Shown: piece after piece, positions 40,912 through 53,759 of the stretch
Numbering within the stretch: the stretch's first letter is position 1
How the letters are laid out: every line of letters starts with the position of its first letter
Assembly (NCBI GenBank): GCA_051294375.1
Contig: CM119269.1
Location: 16,513,818 to 16,577,817, forward strand
Direction: 5' to 3'
DNA: 64,000 nucleotides
Source: Paraspadella gotoi
Lineage: Eukaryota > Animalia > Chaetognatha
Notes under the pieces: model-generated
The model's input: the letters and a program-made list of their open reading frames with translations, nothing else
Told to the model about the DNA's origin: nothing
Databases searched by the model: none
Position numbers and translations under genes: made by a program

Positions 40912-42055
40912 ACTTGGTTCCGCGGTTTGGAGGGGAGCGATTAGCCGGGAGGGGGCAGGCGCTGGAACGAGGGTCCTGAGAGTGGAGAAAGGAAAAAGAG
41001 AAGAAAAAGGAAGATGAGAAAAGAAGGGAGAAAAAGAAAAAAAAACAAGATGAGGGATAAAAAAATAGAAAAGTAGGAAAATAGAAAAGAATAGGACAGA
41101 GAGGAAAAAAGGGAAAATAAGAAGACGGAGGCATTGAACAAATGAGAAAAAGGAATGTAAATAGAGAGAATAAAGAGAAAAAAGAAAGAAAGAAAAAATA
41201 TATACACCGTTCCTGAAAATTAAAGTTTAGGAAGCCGGCGATGAGACGACAAAGTGGTGGAGGTATTTGTGAGTTAAGATTTAAGGTTTAAGAGTTAAGA
41301 TTTTTACAAATATAAATAAGATTGGAGATCGAAGAAGAAACACATAGAAACAAATAAAAATGAACTTAGATGGTCAACGTAAAACGATCTGCAACGGGAT
41401 AGAAGCAAGCTCTCTACGGGAATCAGCTGTCAATAAGACGACGACGACGACGACGACGACGATTTCTCAATGGATGCGCATTTTTGTTGGGAAGAGAAAA
41501 AAAATTTGATTGGACTGATCTTTTTTTTTTTGTTCTCAAAGCAAAATGAAGAGGGAGAAACGGGTCGAAAGTTGAGAAGGAGAGAAGGAAAATAAAGGAA
41601 ATGGAGGCGAAGAAAGAAGGAGACAAAGAAATAAAAGAGAAAGAAAGAAGAAAGAAGGAAGAAGAAAAAAAGGAGACGGATTTTGATTGTTTCAAAGATA
41701 CGAAGACAGGTTGCGAAGGGCAAACGTCTGGCAGGTAAGGTCAGCGAGACAAATGAGCCGGGAAAGGAGAAGGTAAGGGAGAGAAAATGTAAGGGAGAGA
41801 AAAGGCAAAGGGGAAATAAAAAAAAGGAAGTGGAAAAAAAGTGTCCTTTTTCTTTTTCTTTTTCTTTTTCTTTTTCTTTTTCTTTTTCTTTTTCTTTTTC
41901 TTCTTCTTCTTCTTCTTCTTCTTCTTCTTCTTCTTCTTCTCTTTCTTCCCGCTTAATTCACTCGTTGCGTTGTAACGCAATTCTCTTGAACGTCAGCCAG
42001 ACGCATTCTTTTTTTTTTCATTTTGTAAAAAAAAAAATGTTCTCACATTTTTCTC

Positions 42056-42121
<66 letters not shown>

Positions 42122-42127
42122 CTCTCG

Positions 42128-42175
<48 letters not shown>

Positions 42176-44178
42176 ACCGCATCGCCTCCGTATTGTCTGA
42201 GCCAATCGCTCGTCATCTTCATCATCTTCATCCTGATTGTCGGTCGTCGTGTTCGCTCGAGACACAAGCCCCCCCCCCCCCATTGAAATGTGGGTGACAA
42301 AAAAGAAGTTTGAAAAAGAGACCAACTTTTTTTTTTCAGACGACAGCATTGAATCTAAATTCAACTGGAGTTGCAAAACAAACGTATTTCAGGGGGTAAC
42401 GACTTTGTTCGAGACTAACTTCTCTGAGGCGTCTTAATGTGCATATCTTTGGTAGGGGTTTGGATTCTGTGTCTAGGTGTTTGGAAGAGAGCGAAGAGAG
42501 AGAGAGAGAGGGAGAGGGAGAGAGAGAGAGAGAGAGACACAACCCGGCAGACAGAGAGAGATAGAAAAGTCGCCAGTTTGTTCGTCGTTAATTGTTTCAC
42601 AATCTGTACCAGTGAGTTTCACAACTTAACCCGTCAAAAACTCCTTCACAACTGCTTCCCTTCGCTTTTCCCACACAAATTTTTCACTCCCGTCAGTCCC
42701 CGACGCGGATTCTCCTCGAGCCCGTGTATCTCTAAATGACCCCTTCACCCCACGCTCCCTCTAATCACCTCCAGTCTCTGATCGCCCCCTATCGCCCCCA
42801 CACGCCCTGCCAAGGGCCAACACAACACCCCCCCACCGCACCCACAACCCCCGCTCCCCACCCTCGCCAACCTTCGCGGCGGTCGACGAGTAAGGTTCGT
42901 CGAACAAGGCCCAAATCTTGGGCTGGACTTTGTTCCAGCAGTTCATATCTCCGGACATGTAGCAATCTTCCAGCCCGAACTTGCGGGCGATCTCCTCGTC
43001 GCTGGGCTTTTCCGTGTCCAAGTCCAGCCGGTCCAAAGTCGCCAGCACCTCTTGAGTGTCTCTGAGGGGGGCGGGGGATGGAAGGGCGTAGGGAATAGGG
43101 TCATGAGGGAAGTGGAGTTTTTTCTTTCTTTCCTTCCTTCCGTCCTTGCTTCCTTTGCACCTTCCCTCCTTTCTTTTCCTTCTTTCTTTTTTTCTTTCAT
43201 TATTTTCATACTTCCTTCTTTCCCTCTTTCATTCCTTCCCTTTTTTTCTTTACTATCTAATTTTTTAATCCTTTCAACTTGACAAATATGACAATTTTTT
43301 TAAGGTTCAATCAATTAAAAGTCTAGATTTCCTAGACTGCATACAAAACTATTAAAATTTAACTATTTCAAAGAACCTGCTCCCATTTTTTTTTTTTAAA
43401 TTTTATGACGAATCCTTGAAAGAAATTAAGAAAAAAAGCCCAAGAAGAGTCAGGCATCAAACCTGTGCTGCGTGTAGGTCATCCAACAGCAAGGTTCTAC
43501 TTGGTTGGCATCCAGGCCCCAAAATTCGAGTTCTTCCTCGAATAAAGGCCCACAAACATCCGTTGGGTAATGGAGTTTTCCTGAGAATAAAACGAAATTA
43601 ATCAGATTCTTCTCGAACGCACACAATTGACCGTCAAAGAAGTAAGTTATCGAATCGATCGATGGATTGACTCACCTGTTCGGTAATAGTTGAGCACCTG
43701 GGCGAAGACGCCAGGATGGCGATCGAAAAAGTACTCATTAAGTACTGGATCGTAATTGGCCAGAGCCTCTGTCAATCGGGAAAGACGGGTGGCAGGAATC
43801 TTCTTCAAAGTAGCTGTCGGGGGAAAAAAAGGTTTTGTTCATTGGTTGATTACTTATAAAGTATGTTCGTGAATGCGGTAGCTTACAATCGTGTATTTTT
43901 GTTAATTAACGTAAGTTCGTCTGTTTGTGTTTATGAAATTACTTGGTTCACTATCTTTATAATTTTTAGATTTAAAAATGACTATTATTTATTTGTTAAA
44001 ATATTTTTTGTGATAAATATTTAAATATGATATTATTTATCTGTTTGGGATGGGGACGTTAGTGTTGTCTTTCTGAAAATAGAGGGTGCTTCTATTGTTT
44101 AAGTTTTAGAGTCAAGCTTCTTGTTTTTTGTTCCAACAGCGAAATGACGAGAGAGAGATGAGAGAGAAGAGAAGAGAG

Positions 44179-44228
<50 letters not shown>

Positions 44229-44391
44229 AGAGAGAGAGAGAGAGAGGAAGAGAAAGAGAGAGATAGAGAGAAACCTCCCTGCTAAAGACAAGAGAATGTT
44301 GATCTTCATAACTCTTCTCCGACTCACCTTTATAGGTTTCATGTCGGATGCCGCCGACGTTGAGGATGACGCGGTTTTCGGCGTCCGTCAT
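30146..44391 (-). CDS. Shaw: Shaw-family (Kv3/KCNC) voltage-gated potassium channel alpha subunit; exons 44328-44391, 43676-43813, 43463-43580, 42872-43061, 39056-39258, 36645-36882, 35974-36103, 33683-33867, 32247-32306, 30146-30307
   Basis: All exon phases join in frame (1488 nt, 495 aa if the last exon reads to TGA). Contains the T1 domain [21 protein letters not shown] with the HX5CX20CC zinc motif, S4 [11 protein letters not shown], pore TTVGYGD, S6 PVP motif and [12 protein letters not shown]. The true 3' end is uncertain. Confidence 0.96.
31290..31375. repeat. (TTTC)n microsatellite
   Basis: Seen directly. Confidence 0.95.
32247..32306 (-). CDS. Shaw: Shaw exon, proximal C-terminus ([20 protein letters not shown])
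   Basis: gacag| acceptor and AAG|gtcagt donor; 60 nt, phase 0. Confidence 0.93.
32312..32398. repeat. Degenerate 8-bp tandem repeat (gatttggg)n
   Basis: About 10 units directly upstream of the acceptor of the 60-nt Shaw exon. Confidence 0.75.
33683..33867 (-). CDS. Shaw: Shaw exon, pore and S6
   Basis: Encodes [43 protein letters not shown]. Confidence 0.96.
34007..35348. repeat. Noisy direct duplicate of about 35374-36270, including a frameshifted copy of the Shaw S5 exon (about 34957-35085); probably an artefact
   Basis: Colinear with the sequence after the 25-N gap at 35349-35373, with dense indels. Confidence 0.85.
35974..36103 (-). CDS. Shaw: Shaw exon, S5 and turret
   Basis: Encodes [35 protein letters not shown]; ccgcag| acceptor and G|gtgagt donor. 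Confidence 0.95.
36137..36525. repeat. 30-bp minisatellite (gaggatgcgataacagtttggatgagaaat)n spanning a gap
   Basis: Several units on both sides of the gap at 36270-36448. Confidence 0.85.
36645..36882 (-). CDS. Shaw: Shaw exon, S2 to S4
   Basis: Encodes [41 protein letters not shown]; ends at the GC donor AAG|gcgaga. Confidence 0.93.
37711..37798. repeat. (TATC)n microsatellite
   Basis: Seen directly. Confidence 0.95.
38852..38943. repeat. (GAAA)n microsatellite
   Basis: Seen directly. Confidence 0.95.
39056..39258 (-). CDS. Shaw: Shaw exon, S1 to S2
   Basis: Encodes [34 protein letters not shown]; ctcag| acceptor and TG|gtaaga donor. Confidence 0.95.
41846..41940. repeat. Compound (TTTTTC)n-(TTC)n microsatellite
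   Basis: Seen directly. Confidence 0.9.
42872..43061 (-). CDS. Shaw: Shaw exon, T1-S1 linker ([31 protein letters not shown])
   Basis: ctcag| acceptor and AAG|gttggc donor. Confidence 0.95.
43463..43580 (-). CDS. Shaw: Shaw exon, T1 ([30 protein letters not shown])
   Basis: ctcag| acceptor and CAG|gtttga donor. Confidence 0.95.
43676..43813 (-). CDS. Shaw: Shaw exon, T1 ([32 protein letters not shown])
   Basis: gacag| acceptor and ACAG|gtgagt donor. Confidence 0.95.
44328..44391 (-). CDS. Shaw: Shaw exon, T1 start ([21 protein letters not shown])
   Basis: ATG at 44391; in-frame acceptor at 44409; donor AAAG|gtgagt. Confidence 0.92.
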
Positions 44392-47324
44392 GACGGCCTC
44401 CGTGTGTTTCTGCGTCAAACGTCGACGAAGAAAACAACAACAAATACCGAAAAAAAAAACACCCGGTTATTATTTATTATTTTTCATAGTTTTTTTTTCC
44501 GTTATAAATATTTATCATTTTGTCACGTTGTCATCTCATTTTTTTTTAAAGTAAAGTATTCCCCCCTTTTTTTGCAAAACGTTTGCCTTTTGTTGAGTCG
44601 ATTTTTTTATGAATTTTCTTTCTTTCTTTTGTAAATCCAAACCAGAAAGGTTTTAATTTTAGTCTTCTGAGCCGCTGCGTCGTTTTAGACGATAACAAAG
44701 TCTTTCTACTCTAATCTAATTTTAATACGTATGTTATCTCTTAATTCGCAAACGTGGTCGGCGCCCGGCCGAAAGGCGGCGCTACCGGTCTTGCGACAAA
44801 AAAAAAACAAGTGCTCAACGTACGGCGATTTAATTTTTTGTTTGTTTGTTTTTGTTTTTTTTTTTCGCGTAACTTGTATTCTTTGGGAAGTACAAGGGAT
44901 TCTTTTCTTTCGTTTCAAATTTTTCAAATAGCGAGACGCACAGTTGCTAACGTTTTGAATAATTTTCTTTTTTTCGATTTTAAGGCTTACAAGTGTTGCG
45001 TGTTATTTTTTCTACTAAAAGGTTTCGTAGCTATCACATGTGAAGGTTAAAAGAAAAAAAATAATAGAAAGCATTCGAAAATAGTAACTTTGTAAAGTGG
45101 AAAGAGAGAGCGAGAGCGAGAGAGAAAGAGGCACTTCCTATGAAATACGATCGTTTAAAGAAGTAACACGGTTTCGGCCGATTGAGAATTTCGGGTAAGG
45201 GAGAGGTAATGATGCGCGGGTGAACAGGGGGGGGGGTCAAAAGAATCTTCCGTGTGTCGGTGAGATTCTTATCCTTGTCGGTCTAATGCGCATGGGATTT
45301 GGATTTTCTTTTTCTTTTTTTCTTTTTTTCTTTTTTATCGGTCGGGCTTTAAAAGAGTCAATGATAGAGGTTTCCTTTTTTTTTTTATTTAACGAACGAT
45401 ATCACTTACGGTACGAAACCAGATCGAATCGCTTTTTAATAATGCATTTTTAGGTTCCTAGTTAATCCAGTGCAACTTGACGAGATTAATTATCGAATCG
45501 CTGCTTTTATTATTTGTCTTGATTTTTTTTTTTTTTTTTTTTTTTTTTGTTTCCTCGGTTTCTTTTTTTTGCTTTTGTGGCTTTTTTGTTTATTTTTTTT
45601 GTTTGACGATGACGAAGAGAAAGAAAATTTCGGGATTCGAGTCTCACGAGTGAAAAAAAAATAAAGATTTTTTTTAAAAAATCGTGTGAAGTTTTTGTCG
45701 AAAAAGAAAAGAAAATTGGAAAAAGAAGAAAAAACGTTTAATCGGAAAAAAAAATCTCTTTTGTTTTCAAATTGCGAAAAAATGGTGGAGGACCATTATG
45801 CAAAGTAGAAATTTTGTTGAGGACTTTTTTTTTTTGCTTGCTTTGATTGAGGATTCCGGATTCTGAAAACAAAATATAAAAGAAGAAAATTAATAAATAT
45901 GCAGATTTATAAGATAAGTATGGAGACGAATTACTCGTTTTAAAAAGTTAGATTAAAAATGGGCAAACATCTTTAGATTTGTCAAATTATATGCCGATTT
46001 TAAAATTGTTTTTTATGATATTTTGAATGCATAACGAAATGTGTTGTCTCATCAAACCGTTCCCCCGTTTTACAATTTTCAACTCACCTAATTAGGAGAG
46101 TGTAAAAGTTTGAAAGAGTTTGTAAGAAGAGCGTAAATTTTGTGCTGAGGCTGAAGAGGGTGAAGACGGTGAGTGATGATTAAAGAGGTCGGACGTCGCT
46201 TGTCGCTTGCTTTTATTTTGCTTTGTTTTCTGCTTTTAATTTCTTTACGCGTAGTTTTGCTTTTATTTTCCCTTACGAGCTAATTCCTTTTGTTTTGTTT
46301 TGTTTTTTTCTATTTTCCAACTGTACGTTACGTGGCGCCGAAAAAAAAACAAAAGACAAACGACTTTTTTTAAGCGAAAAAGGGTGAAGGAGTAAAGTTT
46401 TCTCACGGGTCGAACGTCGCGGTTTTGTCAAAAAGGATAATTATGAGAAAAGGCTTAAAACTATAATTTAAAACTCTTCCACGATATGAGCTTCACGTCT
46501 TTTTCACAACCTCCGTCCTCCCGCCTTCACTGCGGCGAGGAGAGACGGTGAGAAACAGAAAGAAAAGTGAAAGACGAGCGAGAGAGCGAGACGGGGCGAG
46601 CGAAAAGGGAGACAGAGTCGTTTTCCCAATTGGGTTTTCTTTTTGTTTTCTTTTTTTTCGTTTTTGTCTCTCATCTCAGTCACATTTTCGCGACGAAAAA
46701 GGGTTTTCTTTTTTTGTTTGAAGGATCGACGACCGTCGTTTCTATGCCAACGCGATTCGAAACGAGAAAACGATGTCGTTTCTTCGCCGTTGTCGTCGTT
46801 GTCGTCGTCGTAGTCGTCGTCGTAGTCGTCGCGCCTGCGGAGACAAAATTGAATGACAAAAGTTCACCCTTTTGAGTGAGAGAGGTGAGCGGGTGGGTGA
46901 ATAGTCATAGTTAAGATATGGCTGAAAGGTAAGGAGGTAACTGTGTTCGACTGAAACGAAATTCAACGTTTCGTATCGATATCCGATTTACTTTTTTTAT
47001 GGGGAATCGAATGGGATAATGGAGAAAAGAATACAGAAGGAAAGGAATTAAGAGCAAAAGGAGAATGGAAACGTAAGATCTGAGGATGAAGAACGAAAGA
47101 AAAAAAAAGAACAATAGAAAAATAGAGATAACGATAATAATGAAAAAAGAAAAAAGGAAAAAAAGAAAAAAAATGAAAGAAAAAAAAATTTAAGAAAAAA
47201 TAAAGAAAAAAAAAAGGAAGAAAAAAATAATAACAATAGAAAAATAGAGAAATAGAAGAAAAAAGAAAAAAGGAAAAAAAGAAAAAATTAAAGAAAGAAA
47301 AAATAAAGAAATTAAAGAAAAAAT

Positions 47325-47427
<103 letters not shown>

Positions 47428-47847
47428 ATGATAGATCATCATTCTATTTTTATCATACAATTAAAACGGAGACTCACCCAGATTTTTAGCTTCCAATATT
47501 AATCCCGAAGAAGGCGAATTTATCTTCGATAATTTTTTCTTCTCAAAAACACAAGATATTTTTTTTTCCGTTTTAAATCCAATCGAGGTCGAGACGAGTG
47601 TTTACTAATTTCGACAGCGAAATCCAAACGAAGCGGTCGTCGTCGTTGTCGTCGTCGTCGTTGTCGTTGCTGACTTTGTCGGTTTTGTATTGAGTAGTGT
47701 CGGTGTCTTAACGAAACATATACGTTCCCTCTTTTTTTTTTTAAATACCGTACTATGGTGTCTCGCTCTCAGTATCGTTTTCGTCTTTTTCTCTCTGTCC
47801 AGGCAAGCGTGAAAGACCCGAGAACGGTAAAAAGGCTCAACAGTTAT

Positions 47848-47891
<44 letters not shown>

Positions 47892-50800
47892 AAGTAGAAA
47901 TTCGAGAGTGAAATGTTATCGTGAAACAAACCGCTGTGTTAAAAATGGGGAAGATGGGAAAGAAGGGTGAAGAAGTGAAAGGCGATATTCGGGTGGATGT
48001 CAACTGTGAAAACTCTTCGGATCAGGCTGCAGGTGGAAGAAATGGAATGGGTGAAAACTATGCGAACAGGTGCGTTTTAAGAAAAAAAAAACGAAATGAA
48101 AATGAAAAAAAATGGGCTTTTTGTTTAGTTTTTTTTTTTTTTTTTTAGTTTAGTGCGTATATATGTATACGTATGCGTAGAACCGTTTGTTTGAAGGCTA
48201 AAATTCGAGGTTTTGTTTGGTTTTTTTTTTTTGGTTGATCTTGATAAAAAAAAAAAAGAAGAAACTTGCGAAACGAACTTGCTGCCAGTGCGACCAAGAC
48301 GACTCTTTCGCCGTTACCCTTTTGTTTTCCCTTTTTATTCTTTAGTCTTCGCGTTCGCCTTCGGAAATTATAGAGGGCGAAGCGCGATTCAATTTTCCAG
48401 CGGAGAGAGTTGCAAGGACTTGGTCACGCGAAAGCCGATCGCGGGCGTGAGATAGGAAAAAGGATGCGCGGGAGAGAGAAGATGCTTTTTTGTTTTTGTT
48501 TTTTTTTGAGTAATAACGAGTAAGATGCTCGGGTGATATATACCTCTGTTTATTTGGGTTTTTTTTATTTGTTTTGTTTGTTTTGTTTTTTTTATTTTGT
48601 TGGAAGAACTGGCGCTACTTGGGTGAGAGAGATGAATACTGTATGGTAGTAGAGTACTGGATGGTACTGTATAATAAGATATTCGACGTAAGTTTTTCTA
48701 TCGGACGGGAGGCAAAAATTTGGGGAAATTCTGTCATTTCGAATGTATATTGGGTATTAAGCCGTAGTGAAAGTTTCAGATTCATGAACTAAAGAATATT
48801 TATAAATCTATATATTTTTTAAATTTTCTCTTTTTTAAAAAACCCTCATCCCTAACCAAATTCTCCACCATAATCCTAACTTAAATCAAATCTGATTCTA
48901 AGACCTTAATATATATTCATATGAATCGAATCTCAGCTGCGGCCTTTGCTTTTCATTTAATAACAATATTAACTTTTAATAAAGACGAAAAAAATAACAT
49001 GCTGGTTTCAAAATACCCAGCGAGAACTTTAAAATGAGATGAGTCGTCCTGGCAGAAAATCAATTTGATTCTCGCTCGTTTTTTCATTTTCCTATTACTT
49101 CGTTAAGAAAGACGAGGATTTGAATATCTTCGACCTACGAAGCTGAATAATGTCTTCAGATGAGGAATTGAGAAATGCGAGTCTAACGTAGCAACGAAGC
49201 GCTACGTGGCAATGCTTAACAACCGCGCTACGCTGTTCGCTTCCTTTATACCACTCACCCTAAGGGGTGGAAAGGAGTAGGGGGGTCGGTCTCGTCTTCC
49301 ATGAACGATGTAATTATTCCGCGACAGATGGAAAATTAATTAAGGGAAAGAGATCATAATTTGAGCCAAATCTGACCTTTTAAACAGTTATTTTAAACTA
49401 ATTTAAAAAAAGGAAAGAGAATTCTGCATCGACAATTAGGAATTGCGATTTCCGTCCAATCAGATGGCATTTGTTGCGTTTCGAGAGACTGATATTGGAT
49501 TTTAAACTTCTTTTTTTTATAGAATAACTAAAAGATGTGGCTTAAGAATCGTTTTGCACATTATATTTTGCGAGATAAGAAGCGCGCAATATAGCGGACA
49601 AAAATAGGTTTCTATCCTTTGTGAATCGAAACAGAAAGCGAAGGATAAAAAGTTTGCAAGTGGCACTTGAAAAACTTGGCAACAATAGCTCTGGAAGCTT
49701 TAGCGACCATGATCTTGCTCGACAAAGCAACCGTGAAAATAAACGAGAAAACCTTTATAATGGATTTAGTTAAAATGAGACTAATTGGGCGTACTTTAGC
49801 ATATCCTTTCTCAGATATTAATTCAATGCTTGAACATTGATCGTTTTGCACACCGTTAGAAAATTAAAAGATAGCAATCTATGTACAAAAAACAGATTTT
49901 TTCAATATGAAATTAAAAATTAAAAAAATCCAATTTGTTCAAATTTCTATTCATATAAATATTTCGTTTGGGTTAATTTTATTATCGAAATGACACAATC
50001 CCCCATACTTACATCTACCTAAGGTGGACTCGATAATCTTGTGTAGAATATTTCTGTGATATGAACTGCTTGGCGTAAATAACGTAAAGAGAGAGAGAGA
50101 GAGAGCGATTCCGGGAAATCGTTATTTGGTTTTTAAAAGAGTCACGCGGTTTTGGTGAAAAAAGGAAAGAAAGAAAAGGAAAGAAAGAACACGAAAGAAA
50201 GAAAGAAAGAAAAAAGAAAGAAAGAAAAAAGAAAGAAAGAAAGAAAGAAAGAAAACGAAAAATAAAAAAGAAAAAAAAAAACCCACTGATTCACGAATTA
50301 AAATAAAAGTGGTGTTTTTAAAAAAATATTCGGGGGGAAGGAAATGGGGGCAAAGAAAAACTCTCTGTCCGATGTTTCGTTCTCGATATTATTTCGAGTG
50401 ACGCTGTTTCGCTTTTTTTGTCAACTTTTGTTTGAGTCGTCGTTTTGTTTTCCTTTTCGTTTTGATTTTTTATAAAAATTCTATTTCGTTTGTTTTTGTT
50501 TTTTTTTTAAATTTTAGTTTTTTATTGTTTTGTTTTTATTCTTCTCTACAAAAACGTGAGCGAGGGAGGAACGGGGTCTCGATCGTCGCAGGCGTCATCG
50601 GCGTCGTCGTCGTCGGCTTCGACGATCGCCGCTGAGCGGAATGAGTCTTCGTCGTCGCCGCGATACTCGTCGTCGTCGTCGTCGTCGTCGTCGCCGCGGC
50701 TCATTTTATTACGACGCGGTTTCTCTCTCGATTTCGCGTGCGTTAGCGACCCCGTCGCACGCAACGTGCCCGAGAAAGACGCCGCCGGGCATGTGGCGCC

Positions 50801-51209
50801 NNNNNNNNNNGGGTCAAGGTGGCACGTTGGGGGTCAAGGTGGTGTTGTAGCAGGGCAAATTGGCATGGTAGACAATCCGCTCGGCCTTGAACGAGAGAGT
50901 TTCTACCTTAATTTCTGTTTCTGAACCCGAAAGAGTTTATTTTCTTTTTCCTCAAATCTGTTACAATATCCGGTGAAACGAGGACGAGTCAATTGTAACC
51001 TTTTCGACGCCACATTTTATTCCTTTTATTTTCCTTTGTTTCGATTTTCTGTTCCGTTCGGTTTATTTAAATTGTGTTTTATTTTATCTTTTCCTTATTC
51101 CGTTTTTCTTTCTTTTTGTTCTTTTTTTTTTTTTTCCTTCCGAAAAATGGCGTCGCCCTCCTGTTTCTCCCTCGTCGACGTTTACCGAAAATCTCCTTCC
51201 TCCTCTTCT

Positions 51210-51297
<88 letters not shown>

Positions 51298-52932
51298 ACT
51301 CTCTCTCTCTCTTTCGGTTGTAAACCGCGCCTCGTAAAGGTGAGTGCGTCGTCAGCTCCGTCGGTGGTCTTCCTCTTCGCCTCTGCCCTCGAACGTGTCG
51401 CACGCGGTGCACGTGTGGCACGCAGCCCACGCGAAGCACGCAGCTAGTAACGTCACGCGCAATCTACGATCAGATCACGCGCTTTACTTTTTTTATCTTT
51501 CTTTCTTAACCCGATCTCTTGGCGTCTGTCGCAGATGCGAGTCGATACTCCCACTCACTCACTCTCTCTCTCTCTCACTTTTTCTCTCCGTCTCTTCTTT
51601 CCTGTCTTCGTCTCGCTCTCTCTTTAACGATAATCTCGAGCCTTTTCCCCCCCCACGTGCTCGCCTTTACGGGACTAATTCCCTTCAGAGGGTCGATTCT
51701 CTCCTATGCGTGTTAATCTTTGCCTGCACCGATTTCTGGCAATGGCGATTTTAAGGAGATTTGAAGTCTGTGGCGATAGTTAATTCAATTGGTTCATATT
51801 CCAGTTTCTATGTTATTTTTTAAATAAACATTAGAGCCAGATTTTTATGTAAATTCCGAATTCTTAATTTTAGCTGCTGAATAAGTGTCTAATCAAATCT
51901 CCTGTCAGCTTCATTTCTATCTCCTTGAAAGTTAACATTTCCAGAAAGCCAATTCTCTTACGCGCCAGTCTTACGCGCCAGTCTCTCTCACGCGCCGGCT
52001 TTTCTTACGCGCCGGTTTCTCTTAGACGCCGTCACCCTTTCCTTCGTTCGCCAGTCGAGGCACGTGCGAAGAAAGGGACACCTTGAGAGATCGTCGAGCT
52101 GTTTCGCTCAAACAAACTTATTTTTATTATTTCAGTCCGATTTGATTAGTGCCAGCCTTTAGCGGAGCCTGCCTCTTATCGAGCCAGCCTAGGATAGAGC
52201 GAGCAACTTTGGCGGGGCCAAAGGAGAAAGGCACCCACCCACCCAAAATAAATTTCCTTAACGTGTGGGTAAGTCGTGCCGAAGGTTAACGCTCCGATGA
52301 AGATGACCCGCGACACCTTTGGGAGGAAAAAAATAAAAACTGATGATCGCTTCTGAACGAGACAGAGAATTACAATGAGATCGTAACATGGCCAAAGGTC
52401 TGGGATGCTGTACTCACAGTTTCTCACACTCTATCCAATATCCACGCCGTAACTTATTAAGATAACCCTTTTTTTAAAATGTGGTCTCCCCCACCATATC
52501 CGTATCCTTTTAATTTAAATAAAAAACTGTATTACTTTGTAACATCTAACAGTTTCTAGATATTTCGATAAAATCGAAATGCTTTATAAATATAACTTAC
52601 TTTACTAACTTTCCTCAAACCATTTTCACATTTTACGAAACTTTAAAGAATATCTTTTGAAGAAAAGAATAAATTCACATTCAAAATGGCTGCCATGAGA
52701 TTAGCGACATCTGCTCTGTTTACCTTCGACAAAGAAAATTTTTTGTTTCGAAAATATTTCGCGTCGAGATTCGGGTGAGTTTAAGGTGATTTTTGGTGAT
52801 TTTTGGGTGGGTGGGTGACAGCCTCCTTTCACGGACTTTGACGCCTATTTTGTTTATCGGAAGTCACGTGATTCTTTTCGGCCGAAAAACAAAAGACGGG
52901 ATCCTGGAAAAAAAAATAAAGGGAAAATAAGG

Positions 52933-53019
<87 letters not shown>

Positions 53020-53355
53020 TTTTCATATTCGGAGTTTGACTAAACTAGACGCACATACGTAATAAAGATCTAACATACAACGCGAGATAAAAAAAGAATC
53101 CGTGCGCTTGAGTTGATACTAATTTAATTTGGTTGTCTTTAGGCATTTAAATTTCGTCGTTAAATCATTATTTGTTTTTATTTTGAACATACAAACATCA
53201 ATGGTAACAGTATAAGTCCTAAGAAATACGTGTTTCTTTGCTTCCAAATAGTCGAGTTTAAAAAACCCCAGGGGAAGAGATTAAAGGGAATGCCGCCATT
53301 CCCGGGGAAAAGGTCAGGAGAGTAAGCGTTAACCGAATGCGGCGGCAACTCTTAC

Positions 53356-53459
53356 CTGCGACGGGGAAGATGAGGAAGAGGAGGAGGAGGAAGAGGAGGA
53401 GGAGTGGGACGCGCTCCTTGTTTTGCTCCCGCACCTTTGACCGGTCGCGGTCCGACTTG
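53356..53459 (-). other. Candidate upstream exon of Shaw (UTR or N-terminal extension)
   Basis: Pyrimidine-rich ttctgttcag| acceptor and CAG|gtaaga donor; open in all three frames. Confidence 0.45.
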
Positions 53460-53706
53460 CTGAACAGAAGGGATGGAGGAAAGGAAAGTTGGTGAGGGAT
53501 AGAGAAGAGGAAATGAAAAAAAGGATGAAGATGAAGTTTGGAATGAAAAAGAGGATATGAAGAAAGTAATGATTAAAAGCAATGAAAAATGAATGGGATA
53601 AATGATTTTAAAAAATGATGTAAGGGCTTATGGCGCCGAATCGTGACGGGGAAAAAAATGAGAATGTGAAAGTTGGACTAGGGTTAAACCTCCTTTCTTC
53701 ATAAGT

Positions 53707-53759
<53 letters not shown>

